In this document: positions 56,139 through 64,000 of the stretch, in pieces
How the letters are laid out: each line of letters starts with the position of its first letter
Position numbering within the stretch: the first letter of the stretch is position 1
Assembly (NCBI GenBank): GCA_003353845.1
Contig: PIVT01000015.1
Span: 689 to 64,688, forward strand
From: Pseudomonadota bacterium
Lineage (GTDB): Bacteria; Myxococcota_A; UBA9160; JADFDR01
DNA: 64,000 nt
Direction: 5' to 3'
Program-made: the position numbers and the translations under genes
The notes under the pieces: generated by a model
The model's input: the letters and a program-made list of their open reading frames with translations, nothing else
Told to the model about the DNA's origin: nothing
Database searches by the model: none

Positions 56139-58715
56139 CTAATTCAATACCGGGAGTTCTGCCCGTTCTGCGGCCTCTCGATAGCTGTCTATCTTATCGA
56201 AGTTCAAGTAGCGATAGATTTCAGCAGCAGAGGTATCGATGTCCGCAGCGTACTTCATGTACTCCTCGGCCGTGGGCAATTTACCCAAGAGCGATGATAC
56301 CGCGGCCAACTCCGCCGATGCCAGGTAGACGTTGGCGCCGTCACCCAATCGATTGGGGAAATTACGCGTCGATGTGGACACCACCGTGGCTCCCGGTGCG
56401 ACACGGGCTTGATTTCCCATGCACAAAGAGCAGCCCGGCATTTCAATGCGCGCCCCTGAAGCCCCAAAGATATTGTAAAGCCCCTCTTCCTTGAGCTGAG
56501 CTGCATCCATCTTGGTGGGTGGGACCACCCAAAGCCGGGTAGGAATCACTCCCCCCGCAATTTGCAAGAGCTTGGCGGCTGCGCGGAAGTGACCGATGTT
56601 GGTCATGCAGGAGCCGATAAACACCTCGTCCACCTTGTCCCCCGCAACCTCGGACAGCGTCTTCACGTCATCTGGATCGTTGGGGCAAGCCAAAATGGGC
56701 TCTTTGATTTCATTCAAATCAATTTCATACACCTTGGTGTATTCAGCATCGGCATCCGGCTGGAGCAATTCTGGATTCTCCAGCCACTTCTCCATGGCTT
56801 CAGCACGTCGCGCCAAAGTGCGCGCATCGCCGTAACCCTCGGAGATCATCCAGCGCAACATCACGATATTCGACCGCAGGTACTCGGCAATGGAGTCTTC
56901 CGACAGGCGAATGGTACAGCCTCCGGCAGAACGTTCGGCCGAGGCATCGGACAGTTCAAAGGCTTGTTCCACTGTCAAATCGGGGAGGCCTTCAATTTCC
57001 AAGATACGACCCGAGAAAATATTCTTCTTGCCTTTCTTGGCGACCGTTAAATCTCCCGTCTTGATCGCGGCCAAAGGAATGGCGTTGACCAAATCCCGTA
57101 GCGTGATACCCGGTTGCATTTCCCCTTTGAAACGAACCAGCACCGACTCGGGCATATCCAAGGGCATCACACCCAAAGCCGCGGCAAAGGCCACCAGGCC
57201 CGAACCGGCCGGGAAGGAAATGCCCAGCGGGAAGCGCGTGTGCGAATCGCCACCCGTACCCACTTGATCGGGTAAGAGCATGCGATTGAGCCAGCTGTGA
57301 ATGATGCCGTCACCCGGACGCAGGGAAACCCCACCGCGGTTCATGATGAAATCGGGCAAGGTGTGTTGCGTCTCGACATCGACAGGCTTGGGGTAAGCCG
57401 CCGTATGACAAAAGCTCTGCATCACCAGATCCGCCGAGAATCCAAGGCAGGCCAGCTCTTTTAGCTCGTCTCGCGTCATGGGACCCGTCGTGTCCTGGGA
57501 TCCCACCGTGGACATGCGCGGCTCACAGTAGGTGTCGGGGCGAATGCCCTCAACACCACAGGCTCGCCCCACAATTTTCTGTGCCAGGGTGTAGCCCTTG
57601 TCTGAATCCGCGGCGGCCGCGGGGCGGCAGAACACATCTGAAGGACTGAGTTCCAAGGCCTCGCGCGTGCGATCCGTAAGGCTGCGACCCACAATCAAAG
57701 GGATACGTCCCCCGGCGCGCACTTCATCGACGATCACATCCGTCTTGAGTTCAAATTCCACCAGGGTCTTGTCGCTGCCCTCGGCCTTGATCACGCCTTG
57801 GTGAGGATAAATATCGATCACGTCCCCCATGTTGAGACTCGTCACATCGCACTCAAAGGGCAGCGCGCCGGAATCTTCCATGGTGTTGAAAAAGATGGGA
57901 GCAATCTTTCCGCCGATGCAAACCCCGCCGCCTTTCTTATTGGGGATGTGGGGGATCTCTTCACCGAAGTGCCACAACACGGAGTTGGTCGCCGACTTGC
58001 GCGACGAACCCGTTCCCACCACATCACCGACATAGGCAATGGGATGTCCTTTCTTCTGCAATTCAGCGATCTGCTCCAAGGCATTGGTAATGCCCTCGCG
58101 CGGATGCTTGAGCATGGCGTTGGCGTGTAGCGGAATATCCGGGCGGGACCAGGCATCTGTCGCGGGAGACAAATCGTCCGTGTTGGTTTCCCCCGTCACC
58201 TTGAACACCGTCACGGTCATTTTTGCGGGCACCTCGGGTCGATTGGTAAACCACTCGGCGGCTGCCCATGAATCGACAACGGCTTTGGCCCTGGCATTGC
58301 CGCTATTGGCTTTCTCCATCACATCATGAAAGGACTCGCCCACGAGTAGAGTGCCAGTAAGCTGCTTGCCAGCGACCTCGGCCAAATCGGCATCATCGAG
58401 CAAATCCACCAAGGGTTGCACGTTATAGCCACCTAGCATGGTGCCCAGGATCTCCGTCGCCCGCGGCTTGGTGATCAAGGGAGATTGCACTTCGCCCTTG
58501 GCAATCGCTGCCAGAAAGCCCGCTTTCACATAAGCCGCTTGATCTACACCGGCGGGCACGCACTGGGTCAATAAGTTGAGCAGGAAATCGTCTTCGCCAG
58601 CGGGCGGGTTCTTGAGCAACTCGACCAGGGCGGCGGTTTGCTCCGCATCCAGTGGTAGCGGGGGGATCCCTTGGGCTGCGCGATCTTCAACATGCTTTCG
58701 GTAGGCTTCTAACAT
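56139..58715 (-). CDS. acnB: Aconitate hydratase B (bifunctional aconitase 2 / 2-methylisocitrate dehydratase)
   Basis: The product starts [22 protein letters not shown] and has the Fe-S ligand regions IGSCMTN and CSLCMGNQ. The chosen ATG has an AGGAG Shine-Dalgarno sequence; the track ORF extends to 58955. Confidence 0.95.
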   Translation of the reverse strand: MLEAYRKHVEDRAAQGIPPLPLDAEQTAALVELLKNPPAGEDDFLLNLLTQCVPAGVDQAAYVKAGFLAAIAKGEVQSPLITKPRATEILGTMLGGYNVQPLVDLLDDADLAEVAGKQLTGTLLVGESFHDVMEKANSGNARAKAVVDSWAAAEWFTNRPEVPAKMTVTVFKVTGETNTDDLSPATDAWSRPDIPLHANAMLKHPREGITNALEQIAELQKKGHPIAYVGDVVGTGSSRKSATNSVLWHFGEEIPHIPNKKGGGVCIGGKIAPIFFNTMEDSGALPFECDVTSLNMGDVIDIYPHQGVIKAEGSDKTLVEFELKTDVIVDEVRAGGRIPLIVGRSLTDRTREALELSPSDVFCRPAAAADSDKGYTLAQKIVGRACGVEGIRPDTYCEPRMSTVGSQDTTGPMTRDELKELACLGFSADLVMQSFCHTAAYPKPVDVETQHTLPDFIMNRGGVSLRPGDGIIHSWLNRMLLPDQVGTGGDSHTRFPLGISFPAGSGLVAFAAALGVMPLDMPESVLVRFKGEMQPGITLRDLVNAIPLAAIKTGDLTVAKKGKKNIFSGRILEIEGLPDLTVEQAFELSDASAERSAGGCTIRLSEDSIAEYLRSNIVMLRWMISEGYGDARTLARRAEAMEKWLENPELLQPDADAEYTKVYEIDLNEIKEPILACPNDPDDVKTLSEVAGDKVDEVFIGSCMTNIGHFRAAAKLLQIAGGVIPTRLWVVPPTKMDAAQLKEEGLYNIFGASGARIEMPGCSLCMGNQARVAPGATVVSTSTRNFPNRLGDGANVYLASAELAAVSSLLGKLPTAEEYMKYAADIDTSAAEIYRYLNFDKIDSYREAAERAELPVLN

Positions 58716-58903
58716 GATGTAACTCCTGTCTTCTCGAACTCGCCGCCGAGGCGCGGCTTCTGCAAACCCGCTGTAACTAGAAGGGTTTTCCGTGTACATC
58801 CGTGGCCGTTCTGGCCGGGTGCGGGGCGCCGCATGAGCGGCGGGGCAAAATATGAGGCGGCAGTCTACTGAAATCTGCGGCAGAAGTGTAGATCCGCGGC
58901 GTC

Positions 58904-60367
58904 TTAGCCTTTCAGGTCGGGCAGTTTCAGGATTTCGTCCACGAGATGCACACAACTGCGCGCAGCTTTCTGAAAATCACTCAAATCGAGGCTTTCATTC
59001 TCCCCGTGGGCATTGCACGGGGGATCTTCCACTCCCAACAGAAGAGCGGGCACGCCTCCCAATACCTGGCTAAAAGGCCCCACGAAGGGGATGGACCCCC
59101 CGCATCCAATCATGGTGGGGGCCGCGCCATAGCCTTTCTCCAAGGCCCGCAAGGCTGCCTGAAAACAGGGGTTCTCGACGCTCGTGCTCCAACCGGGTGC
59201 GCTGGGCCCCAACGCCACCTTCACCTGAGCGCCAAAGGGCGGATTTTCGAGGAGAAACGCGCGCAGCTTCTCGCCCGCTCGCTGGGGATCCTGCCCCGGT
59301 GCCAAGCGCAAGCTGATCTGTGCTTTCGCCCGGGCCGTCAACTGATTGGCCGAATCCAGGGGCGCGCCCTGCAGGGCCGTAACGACCAGGGCGGGCTGTC
59401 TCCACATCTGCTCATAGACCGAAACTGTTTTGGACGAGGCTGTTTTGGACGAGGTTGTTTTGGAAGAGCCCTGCTTGGCCAATCGCCCACCGTCCAAAAG
59501 CCCGGCATCTGCACAAAACTCTTCCTCATCAAAAGGCAAGGCATCCAGCGCCTGGCGCTCGCGCTGGGTCAAGGCGGGTAGATCATCCTTCAGGCCGGGG
59601 ATCAGAAGTTCACCTTCTTCATTCATGAGCTTCGATAGGCATTGTGCCAAGGCCATGGAAGCGTCGATCAAGGGGCCGCCCCACAACCCGCTGTGCAAGG
59701 GATGATCCAAGGTCGAGACTTCCACCTCGGCCGCCACCATACCGCGCAAGCTTGTGGTCAAGGAGGGCAGGCCCGTTGCCAGGTTCGCCGTATCCGTCAG
59801 AACAATCACGTCGGCCGCCAAGCGCTCGCGGTGCTGATGCAGGAAAGCTTCCAAGTGCTCCGAGCCGATCTCCTCTTCTCCCTCGACCACAAACTTGATA
59901 TTGACGGGTAGGGAAACAGGAGGGTTCTGTTGCGCACAGGACGCCAACCATGCACGGAGGGCAGCCAGCACCAGGACAATGCCCGCTTTATCATCGGCCA
60001 CGCCCCGGCCATACAAGCGTCCATCTTCTTGCAATTGCGGATCAAAAGGTGGCGTTCGCCAATCTGCGTCTCGACCCGTCGGCTGAACGTCGTAGTGGGC
60101 GTAAAAGAGAATCGTCGGCGCCGCGGGACCGGCCTGTAATAACTCGCCGAAAACATAGGGCGGTGCGCCTTCCGTCATCAGCAGTTGAACCTGCTCAAGG
60201 CCTGCCTCGCCAAAGCTCTTGGCCACGGCTTCGGCACAACGCACCATAGCCTCGGCGTGCTTCTCATTAGAAGACACACTGGGAATGCGCGTTAACTCTT
60301 TGAGGAGTTCGATTTCTTGTTTGAAGTCAGCTTCCAAGGAATGGATCGCGGAGTCAACGAGTGTCAC
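58904..60367 (-). CDS. M20-family metallopeptidase / dipeptidase
   Basis: The 487-aa product contains [18 protein letters not shown] and EGEEEIGS. Confidence 0.85.
   Translation of the reverse strand: MTLVDSAIHSLEADFKQEIELLKELTRIPSVSSNEKHAEAMVRCAEAVAKSFGEAGLEQVQLLMTEGAPPYVFGELLQAGPAAPTILFYAHYDVQPTGRDADWRTPPFDPQLQEDGRLYGRGVADDKAGIVLVLAALRAWLASCAQQNPPVSLPVNIKFVVEGEEEIGSEHLEAFLHQHRERLAADVIVLTDTANLATGLPSLTTSLRGMVAAEVEVSTLDHPLHSGLWGGPLIDASMALAQCLSKLMNEEGELLIPGLKDDLPALTQRERQALDALPFDEEEFCADAGLLDGGRLAKQGSSKTTSSKTASSKTVSVYEQMWRQPALVVTALQGAPLDSANQLTARAKAQISLRLAPGQDPQRAGEKLRAFLLENPPFGAQVKVALGPSAPGWSTSVENPCFQAALRALEKGYGAAPTMIGCGGSIPFVGPFSQVLGGVPALLLGVEDPPCNAHGENESLDLSDFQKAARSCVHLVDEILKLPDLKG
59426..59470. 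repeat. In-frame tandem 15-bp repeat (3 copies) inside the M20 peptidase gene
   Basis: The copies are tgttttggacgaggc, tgttttggacgaggt and tgttttggaagagcc. They encode [15 protein letters not shown] on the minus strand. Confidence 0.85.
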
Positions 60368-60400
60368 GTGCGCGGTCTCCTATGCTGCAGCTTACTCTAC

Positions 60401-60814
60401 TTACTCTACAATGGGTCCCGCCAGGGAAAGCCACTCAATAACAAGCTTGCCCTCTGCGTAAACAGATGCCTTGTAATAAGCAATGGTCATTGATTTAAAC
60501 TCTTCGGCGGGCTCCTCAGTGGCGATCTCTGCGAAAGCCTCCAGCGCAACGGGGTTGCCAGCACGATCAAACAAGCGGCTTGTGGCCGTGACTGCAAGAA
60601 GAACATTGCCCGCCAACTCAATCTGCCGGCCTTCAACATCCACATTGACAATCAACCCGGCGAACAAGAGCTCATCCGCAGACGGTTCTTTTCCAGTTTG
60701 CTTGCCCGCTTCTTGTGCCACCTCTTTTCCATCTTCGCTGCACCCGAGCGGAGCGCCTGTCAGGAAAAATACGGCGATCAATACAGCTACGGAAATTTGA
60801 CTGTGCGCGTTCAT
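60401..60814 (-). CDS. Small secreted/lipoprotein-like protein, paralog of the gene at 60949-61320
   Basis: The signal peptide ends APLGC. It shares the block VDVEGRQIELAGNVLLAVTATSRLFDRAGNPV with its neighbour. Confidence 0.6.
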   Translation of the reverse strand: MNAHSQISVAVLIAVFFLTGAPLGCSEDGKEVAQEAGKQTGKEPSADELLFAGLIVNVDVEGRQIELAGNVLLAVTATSRLFDRAGNPVALEAFAEIATEEPAEEFKSMTIAYYKASVYAEGKLVIEWLSLAGPIVE

Positions 60815-60883
60815 TCATTCGACCCCTTACGCTGAGTTCGCATCACACCAATGAAGGTTGACAGTTCCTTGAGCACCGTAACG

Positions 60884-60931
60884 AAAAAAGGTGCGGGGAT
60901 CGCGAAAAACGCGAACCTCGCACCCTTTTTT
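60884..60931 (-). terminator. Rho-independent (bidirectional-type) terminator between the two small paralogs
   Basis: AAAAAAGGTGCGGGG...CCTCGCACCCTTTTTT. The GC-rich stem is flanked by an A-run and a T-run, with an inner CGCGA/TCGCG hairpin. Confidence 0.65.
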
Positions 60932-60948
60932 CTCAGTACCTCTACGTC

Positions 60949-61320
60949 TTAGTGATCCGGCTCTCGGAGGTAGAGTTCATCGACTGTTCTTCTTCCTTCC
61001 CTATCGACTGCCGTATAAACAGCAAAGGGAATCAGCTCAGCCGAGCGCATACCATTCTCATCGGGCTGGACGATCATCCTACTCAGCCTGATGAGGTCCA
61101 TCCGATTGCCTTCACGGTCGAAGAGTCGGCTGCCCGCGCTCACATAGAGCACGATCTTGCCGTCCAGCTGGATCGTGTGCTTCACGAGATCGACGCCTGT
61201 CACCTCACCCGAGAGTTCACCCGGCGAGACCTCGGCCTGCACCGGTGGTGCGATCGCCAAGCCCAGCAGAACAAGTATCGCTACGCAAAGGCTTTTCCAA
61301 GAAAACGTTTTACTCTTCAT
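60949..61320 (-). CDS. Small secreted protein, paralog of the gene at 60401-60814
   Basis: I chose the Met at 61320 (MKSKTFSWKSLCVAILVLLGLAIAPPVQA), which has an AGGAG Shine-Dalgarno sequence. The shared block is VDLVKHTIQLDGKIVLYVSAGSRLFDREGNRM. Confidence 0.6.
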   Translation of the reverse strand: MKSKTFSWKSLCVAILVLLGLAIAPPVQAEVSPGELSGEVTGVDLVKHTIQLDGKIVLYVSAGSRLFDREGNRMDLIRLSRMIVQPDENGMRSAELIPFAVYTAVDREGRRTVDELYLREPDH

Positions 61321-61354
61321 TGTACTTTTCTCCTGATTAAACATTGCGCACCTC

Positions 61355-64000
61355 CTACTCTTCCCGCCAACTGCGGATTTGAGGCAACCACGGTGACTGA
61401 CAACTCGTACACTCAGCCGACATACCACCGGTACTCGAACCACTAAAGCTCATGGCACAGGGGTCACACTTCAAGCCGGAGCACTTCGCATCCGGCGGAC
61501 CGCAGCAAGCACCTTCCGGGCAGGGCTCACACAGCGGATCCGAAGGATCACACCCCGGCGGCGGCGGCGGCGGGGGCGGCGGCAAGATGGGATCCTTGAT
61601 CAGACCCGGTCCCACCTTCTTCTTGCGATCGTCGTCATCATTGGCATCTACTTCACTGAAGCTTGAGCCCAAGTCGAAGGTCCACTGATAGGCATCCCCC
61701 GTCTGTTGACAACCCGCCACAGAGCCGGGGAGGAAGGAGCCCACAATCACCTTGCCATTGCTGGCCACCGGTCGAGTCAAGAACTTCTCTGTGTCCTCAC
61801 CGACAAGATAGTAGCCTTTAGTGCTAGATATTGTGTACGTATAGTCTGACTTGGTGATCGATGAATCGAGCGACGTCATGGACTGTAGATCGCCCGCGTC
61901 CAGAGGCAAGGCAGTAGAATCGTAGCTATCGATATCTCGTATCACGTAGACGCGGTCATTGTCCGAGCTATCCCCGAGCACATCTCCCTGCATGATGTCG
62001 GAACGGTTTCCGGTAGCCGTGATCAGCCAGCGCACCGAAGAGCCTCCGACGCGTGCAATGGCGGGCGGATAGTAGATGCTTCGTTTTCCGTCGCCTTTCC
62101 AGAACTTCTCCAAGTCCCAATCGGGCTGAGCAGAGTTACCGCCCACATCGTTTCCAACCTTGGAAACGTCCCAACGCCAGATATTCCCGCCCAAGTCAGC
62201 GAAATAGATATGGTCGAGATATCCGTCGGAATTATAATCATCGAGACGCGGAGAGGCGGCGAAGGCGTAGTCGAACCCAGCATCACCGATGCTACCCAAC
62301 GTTCCACCCGAGTGATCGAAGACACGCTGTGCCAGGATCTCGCCTGTGGCGATATCCACCACGAAGATTCCGCGACCCTTTCGACTCGTCGAAGCATCCT
62401 GGCTCGAATCATAGCCGGCGCTCAAGGGATCACCCTCTGGCGAGTAACCGCCTCCAAAGATGGTGACCCAACGATCCACGATCCTACCCGCCGACTGCAC
62501 CTTGATGCGATAGATCACGGGGTCAGACCAGGTCTCACCGATGTAATCGTCCATACCATAGCCACCGGAGTTCAAGATCCGCGTGAAACCATCGTCCTCG
62601 TAGATGGCCGTGTCCGGATTGGAACAAGAAGTGCCCGATGAAGTAAGTTTTTCACAGGGGAACTCCCAAAGATAGCCCGGATAGCGAGAGTCCGTCGGAT
62701 CCGTCACATCCAACGCGTAGTACTGCCCTCCACCCTGGCGCATCCCACCGATCAGCACGGTGCGCCACTGTTCTTTCAACTTGACCGGATCTCCGGAAAT
62801 CAAGGACTTCGTCGGCGCCCCGTTACTATCAACTCCGCGGTTGATCCACACATCATTGGAGGTAGGTGAACCGTCAACAAAGTAGTAGTCACGCACCGGC
62901 TTCGCGTCGATGGGCAACTGCTTGATGTTCTTGCGCGCAACCCAGGGCATGAAGCCAAAGAGTTCTTCGCCATCAGGGACGAAGGTTGTCGGGGGCTCGT
63001 GAGGATCACACACTCCCGTGCAAACCCAATCACCTGCCTTGAAGGCATGCAAGAATCCATCGTTGGCCCCTGCATAAATCACAATGGGGCGCCACTTCAC
63101 CGCATCGCGGAACTCGATGTACGCCGACCCGAGGCCGAAGGCACTTGGGGCGGTGACCAGTCTCGGCGAAGAGTGGAAGATGTCGCCCAAGAGTTTCGGT
63201 TGCCCTTCGGAATTTTCACGACGATCACATGCACCGTCGATTAATACGGATCCGAAATTACAGCCTTTGGCATAGTCAACAATCACATCCGCCAGATCTT
63301 CATTTCCAATCGTTGCCGCATAGGTCGATGCTGTCGTTGTATCCACACCCAGTTCACGCTCGAAGGGGGCTGCATAAAGTATTCCTTCGCCGGCGGCCTT
63401 GATGTCCAGGTCGGCAGCACTGATATTGGCGCTATCCCACTCGGCCGCCGATGTGCCGGGCAAGGATTGACCGAAGCCATAGGGCCGACTCACGTATAGA
63501 TTCCGTGTCAGTGGATTCGTCAACAGGGTGGCCACGTCGAAGACGGGCTCCCGGTAGAAGGGACTCATTGAATTGGCAGCCTGCAGGTCATCCAACATCA
63601 AGTCACCATTTCGACAGACATCGGCGTCGTCCGGTGCATCCAGTGCACACTTCCAGTTCTTGTCAAAAATACCACCCCCCAAACTCATATTGAGGGCCAT
63701 CAAGTGACCTTCCCAGAAGGGGTCACTATCGAGATACTTGAAGTAACTGGTATAGAAGAAGGAGCCCAGACTCTGGCGACTGGAAGGCACCGATGAAGCG
63801 GCGAAACTCTGCGGACCCTGAATCATGGCGTTCACCACCTCGATCAGTTTCTGCGTGAGTTCGTCGGTGTTGGAGGTATTGAAGTTCTCACCACCCGCAT
63901 CGTCGGCGGCTCGCTTGAGCAGCGCTTCGGCTTGGGAGGTTGCAGCAAAACCGACAGTGTAAACCGCTACGTTTTGCTTCCCCTGGAAATCCGGATTGCT
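61355..64000 (-). CDS. pilY1: PilY1-like type IV pilus tip-associated adhesin, partial. The N-terminus lies beyond the window end.
   Basis: The product has GDIFHSSP, YAGANDGFLHAF, GGMRQGGGQYYALDVTDP and the Ca-site-like DDYNSDGYLDHIYFADLGGNIWRWD. The frame stays open upstream of Met 63838 to position 64000, where the sequence looks like the end of a vWA domain. Confidence 0.8.
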   Translation of the reverse strand, partial: SNPDFQGKQNVAVYTVGFAATSQAEALLKRAADDAGGENFNTSNTDELTQKLIEVVNAMIQGPQSFAASSVPSSRQSLGSFFYTSYFKYLDSDPFWEGHLMALNMSLGGGIFDKNWKCALDAPDDADVCRNGDLMLDDLQAANSMSPFYREPVFDVATLLTNPLTRNLYVSRPYGFGQSLPGTSAAEWDSANISAADLDIKAAGEGILYAAPFERELGVDTTTASTYAATIGNEDLADVIVDYAKGCNFGSVLIDGACDRRENSEGQPKLLGDIFHSSPRLVTAPSAFGLGSAYIEFRDAVKWRPIVIYAGANDGFLHAFKAGDWVCTGVCDPHEPPTTFVPDGEELFGFMPWVARKNIKQLPIDAKPVRDYYFVDGSPTSNDVWINRGVDSNGAPTKSLISGDPVKLKEQWRTVLIGGMRQGGGQYYALDVTDPTDSRYPGYLWEFPCEKLTSSGTSCSNPDTAIYEDDGFTRILNSGGYGMDDYIGETWSDPVIYRIKVQSAGRIVDRWVTIFGGGYSPEGDPLSAGYDSSQDASTSRKGRGIFVVDIATGEILAQRVFDHSGGTLGSIGDAGFDYAFAASPRLDDYNSDGYLDHIYFADLGGNIWRWDVSKVGNDVGGNSAQPDWDLEKFWKGDGKRSIYYPPAIARVGGSSVRWLITATGNRSDIMQGDVLGDSSDNDRVYVIRDIDSYDSTALPLDAGDLQSMTSLDSSITKSDYTYTISSTKGYYLVGEDTEKFLTRPVASNGKVIVGSFLPGSVAGCQQTGDAYQWTFDLGSSFSEVDANDDDDRKKKVGPGLIKDPILPPPPPPPPPGCDPSDPLCEPCPEGACCGPPDAKCSGLKCDPCAMSFSGSSTGGMSAECTSCQSPWLPQIRSWREE

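Noticed and set aside
58716-58955. An 80-aa N-terminal extension of acnB is implied by the track ORF (start at 58955).
   Set aside because: The extension is Arg/Pro-rich and would overlap the upstream M20 peptidase gene. The ATG at 58715 has an AGGAG Shine-Dalgarno sequence and yields the canonical AcnB N-terminus MLEAYRKH.
1-64000. I looked for mobile elements, prophage, a defence island, a CRISPR array, and rRNA or tRNA genes anywhere in the window.
   Set aside because: I found no transposase, integrase, recombinase, Cas, restriction or toxin-like translations. There is no repeat-spacer array and no tRNA cloverleaf or rRNA-like stretch. The window reads as core chromosome.

Overview
This 64 kb window is moderately high-GC bacterial chromosome and is densely coded. 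I read about 50 protein genes and found no rRNA, tRNA, CRISPR array, transposase, integrase or recognisable defence genes. The gene content suggests a Myxococcota- or Bradymonadia-like deltaproteobacterial lineage: many TPR, PilZ and vWA proteins, a fused MFS/spermidine-synthase protein, a PilY1-like adhesin and sigma-54-type promoters. That lineage call is inference only.

Most of the window is housekeeping:
- uvrD-glmS-glmU
- hflX
- folC-aat
- comM/yifB
- rfbA-rfbC
- fur
- ileS
- fused otsA-otsB
- yqgE
- rlmD
- modABC
- apaH
- acnB
- an LPS-core-like pair (a GT4 glycosyltransferase and a tandem Kdo/WaaP-type kinase)

I do not see a clear multi-gene novel system. The observations most worth follow-up are:
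1. A textbook sigma-54 promoter architecture (inverted repeat, IHF-like site, TGGCAC-N5-TTGC) at 13437-13587. It points into a non-coding gap that holds two tandem homologous long hairpins whose G-U pairs work only on the + strand. This is a candidate sigma-54-dependent sRNA.
2. The 3' end of a PilY1-like gene carries a poly-Pro plus Cys-rich tail and is followed by two paralogous small secreted proteins.
3. A 55-aa LysW-like zinc-ribbon microprotein lies just downstream of fur. It falls below the ORF-track size cutoff.
4. IleRS has an insertion of about 113 aa right after the KMSKS loop.
5. HflX has a conserved N-terminal region with no canonical in-frame start codon.
6. A 400-aa protein with a low-molecular-weight phosphatase core carries large extra segments.
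7. A candidate Moco riboswitch lies upstream of modABC.

All functional calls come from motif recognition in the supplied translations. No database search was possible.
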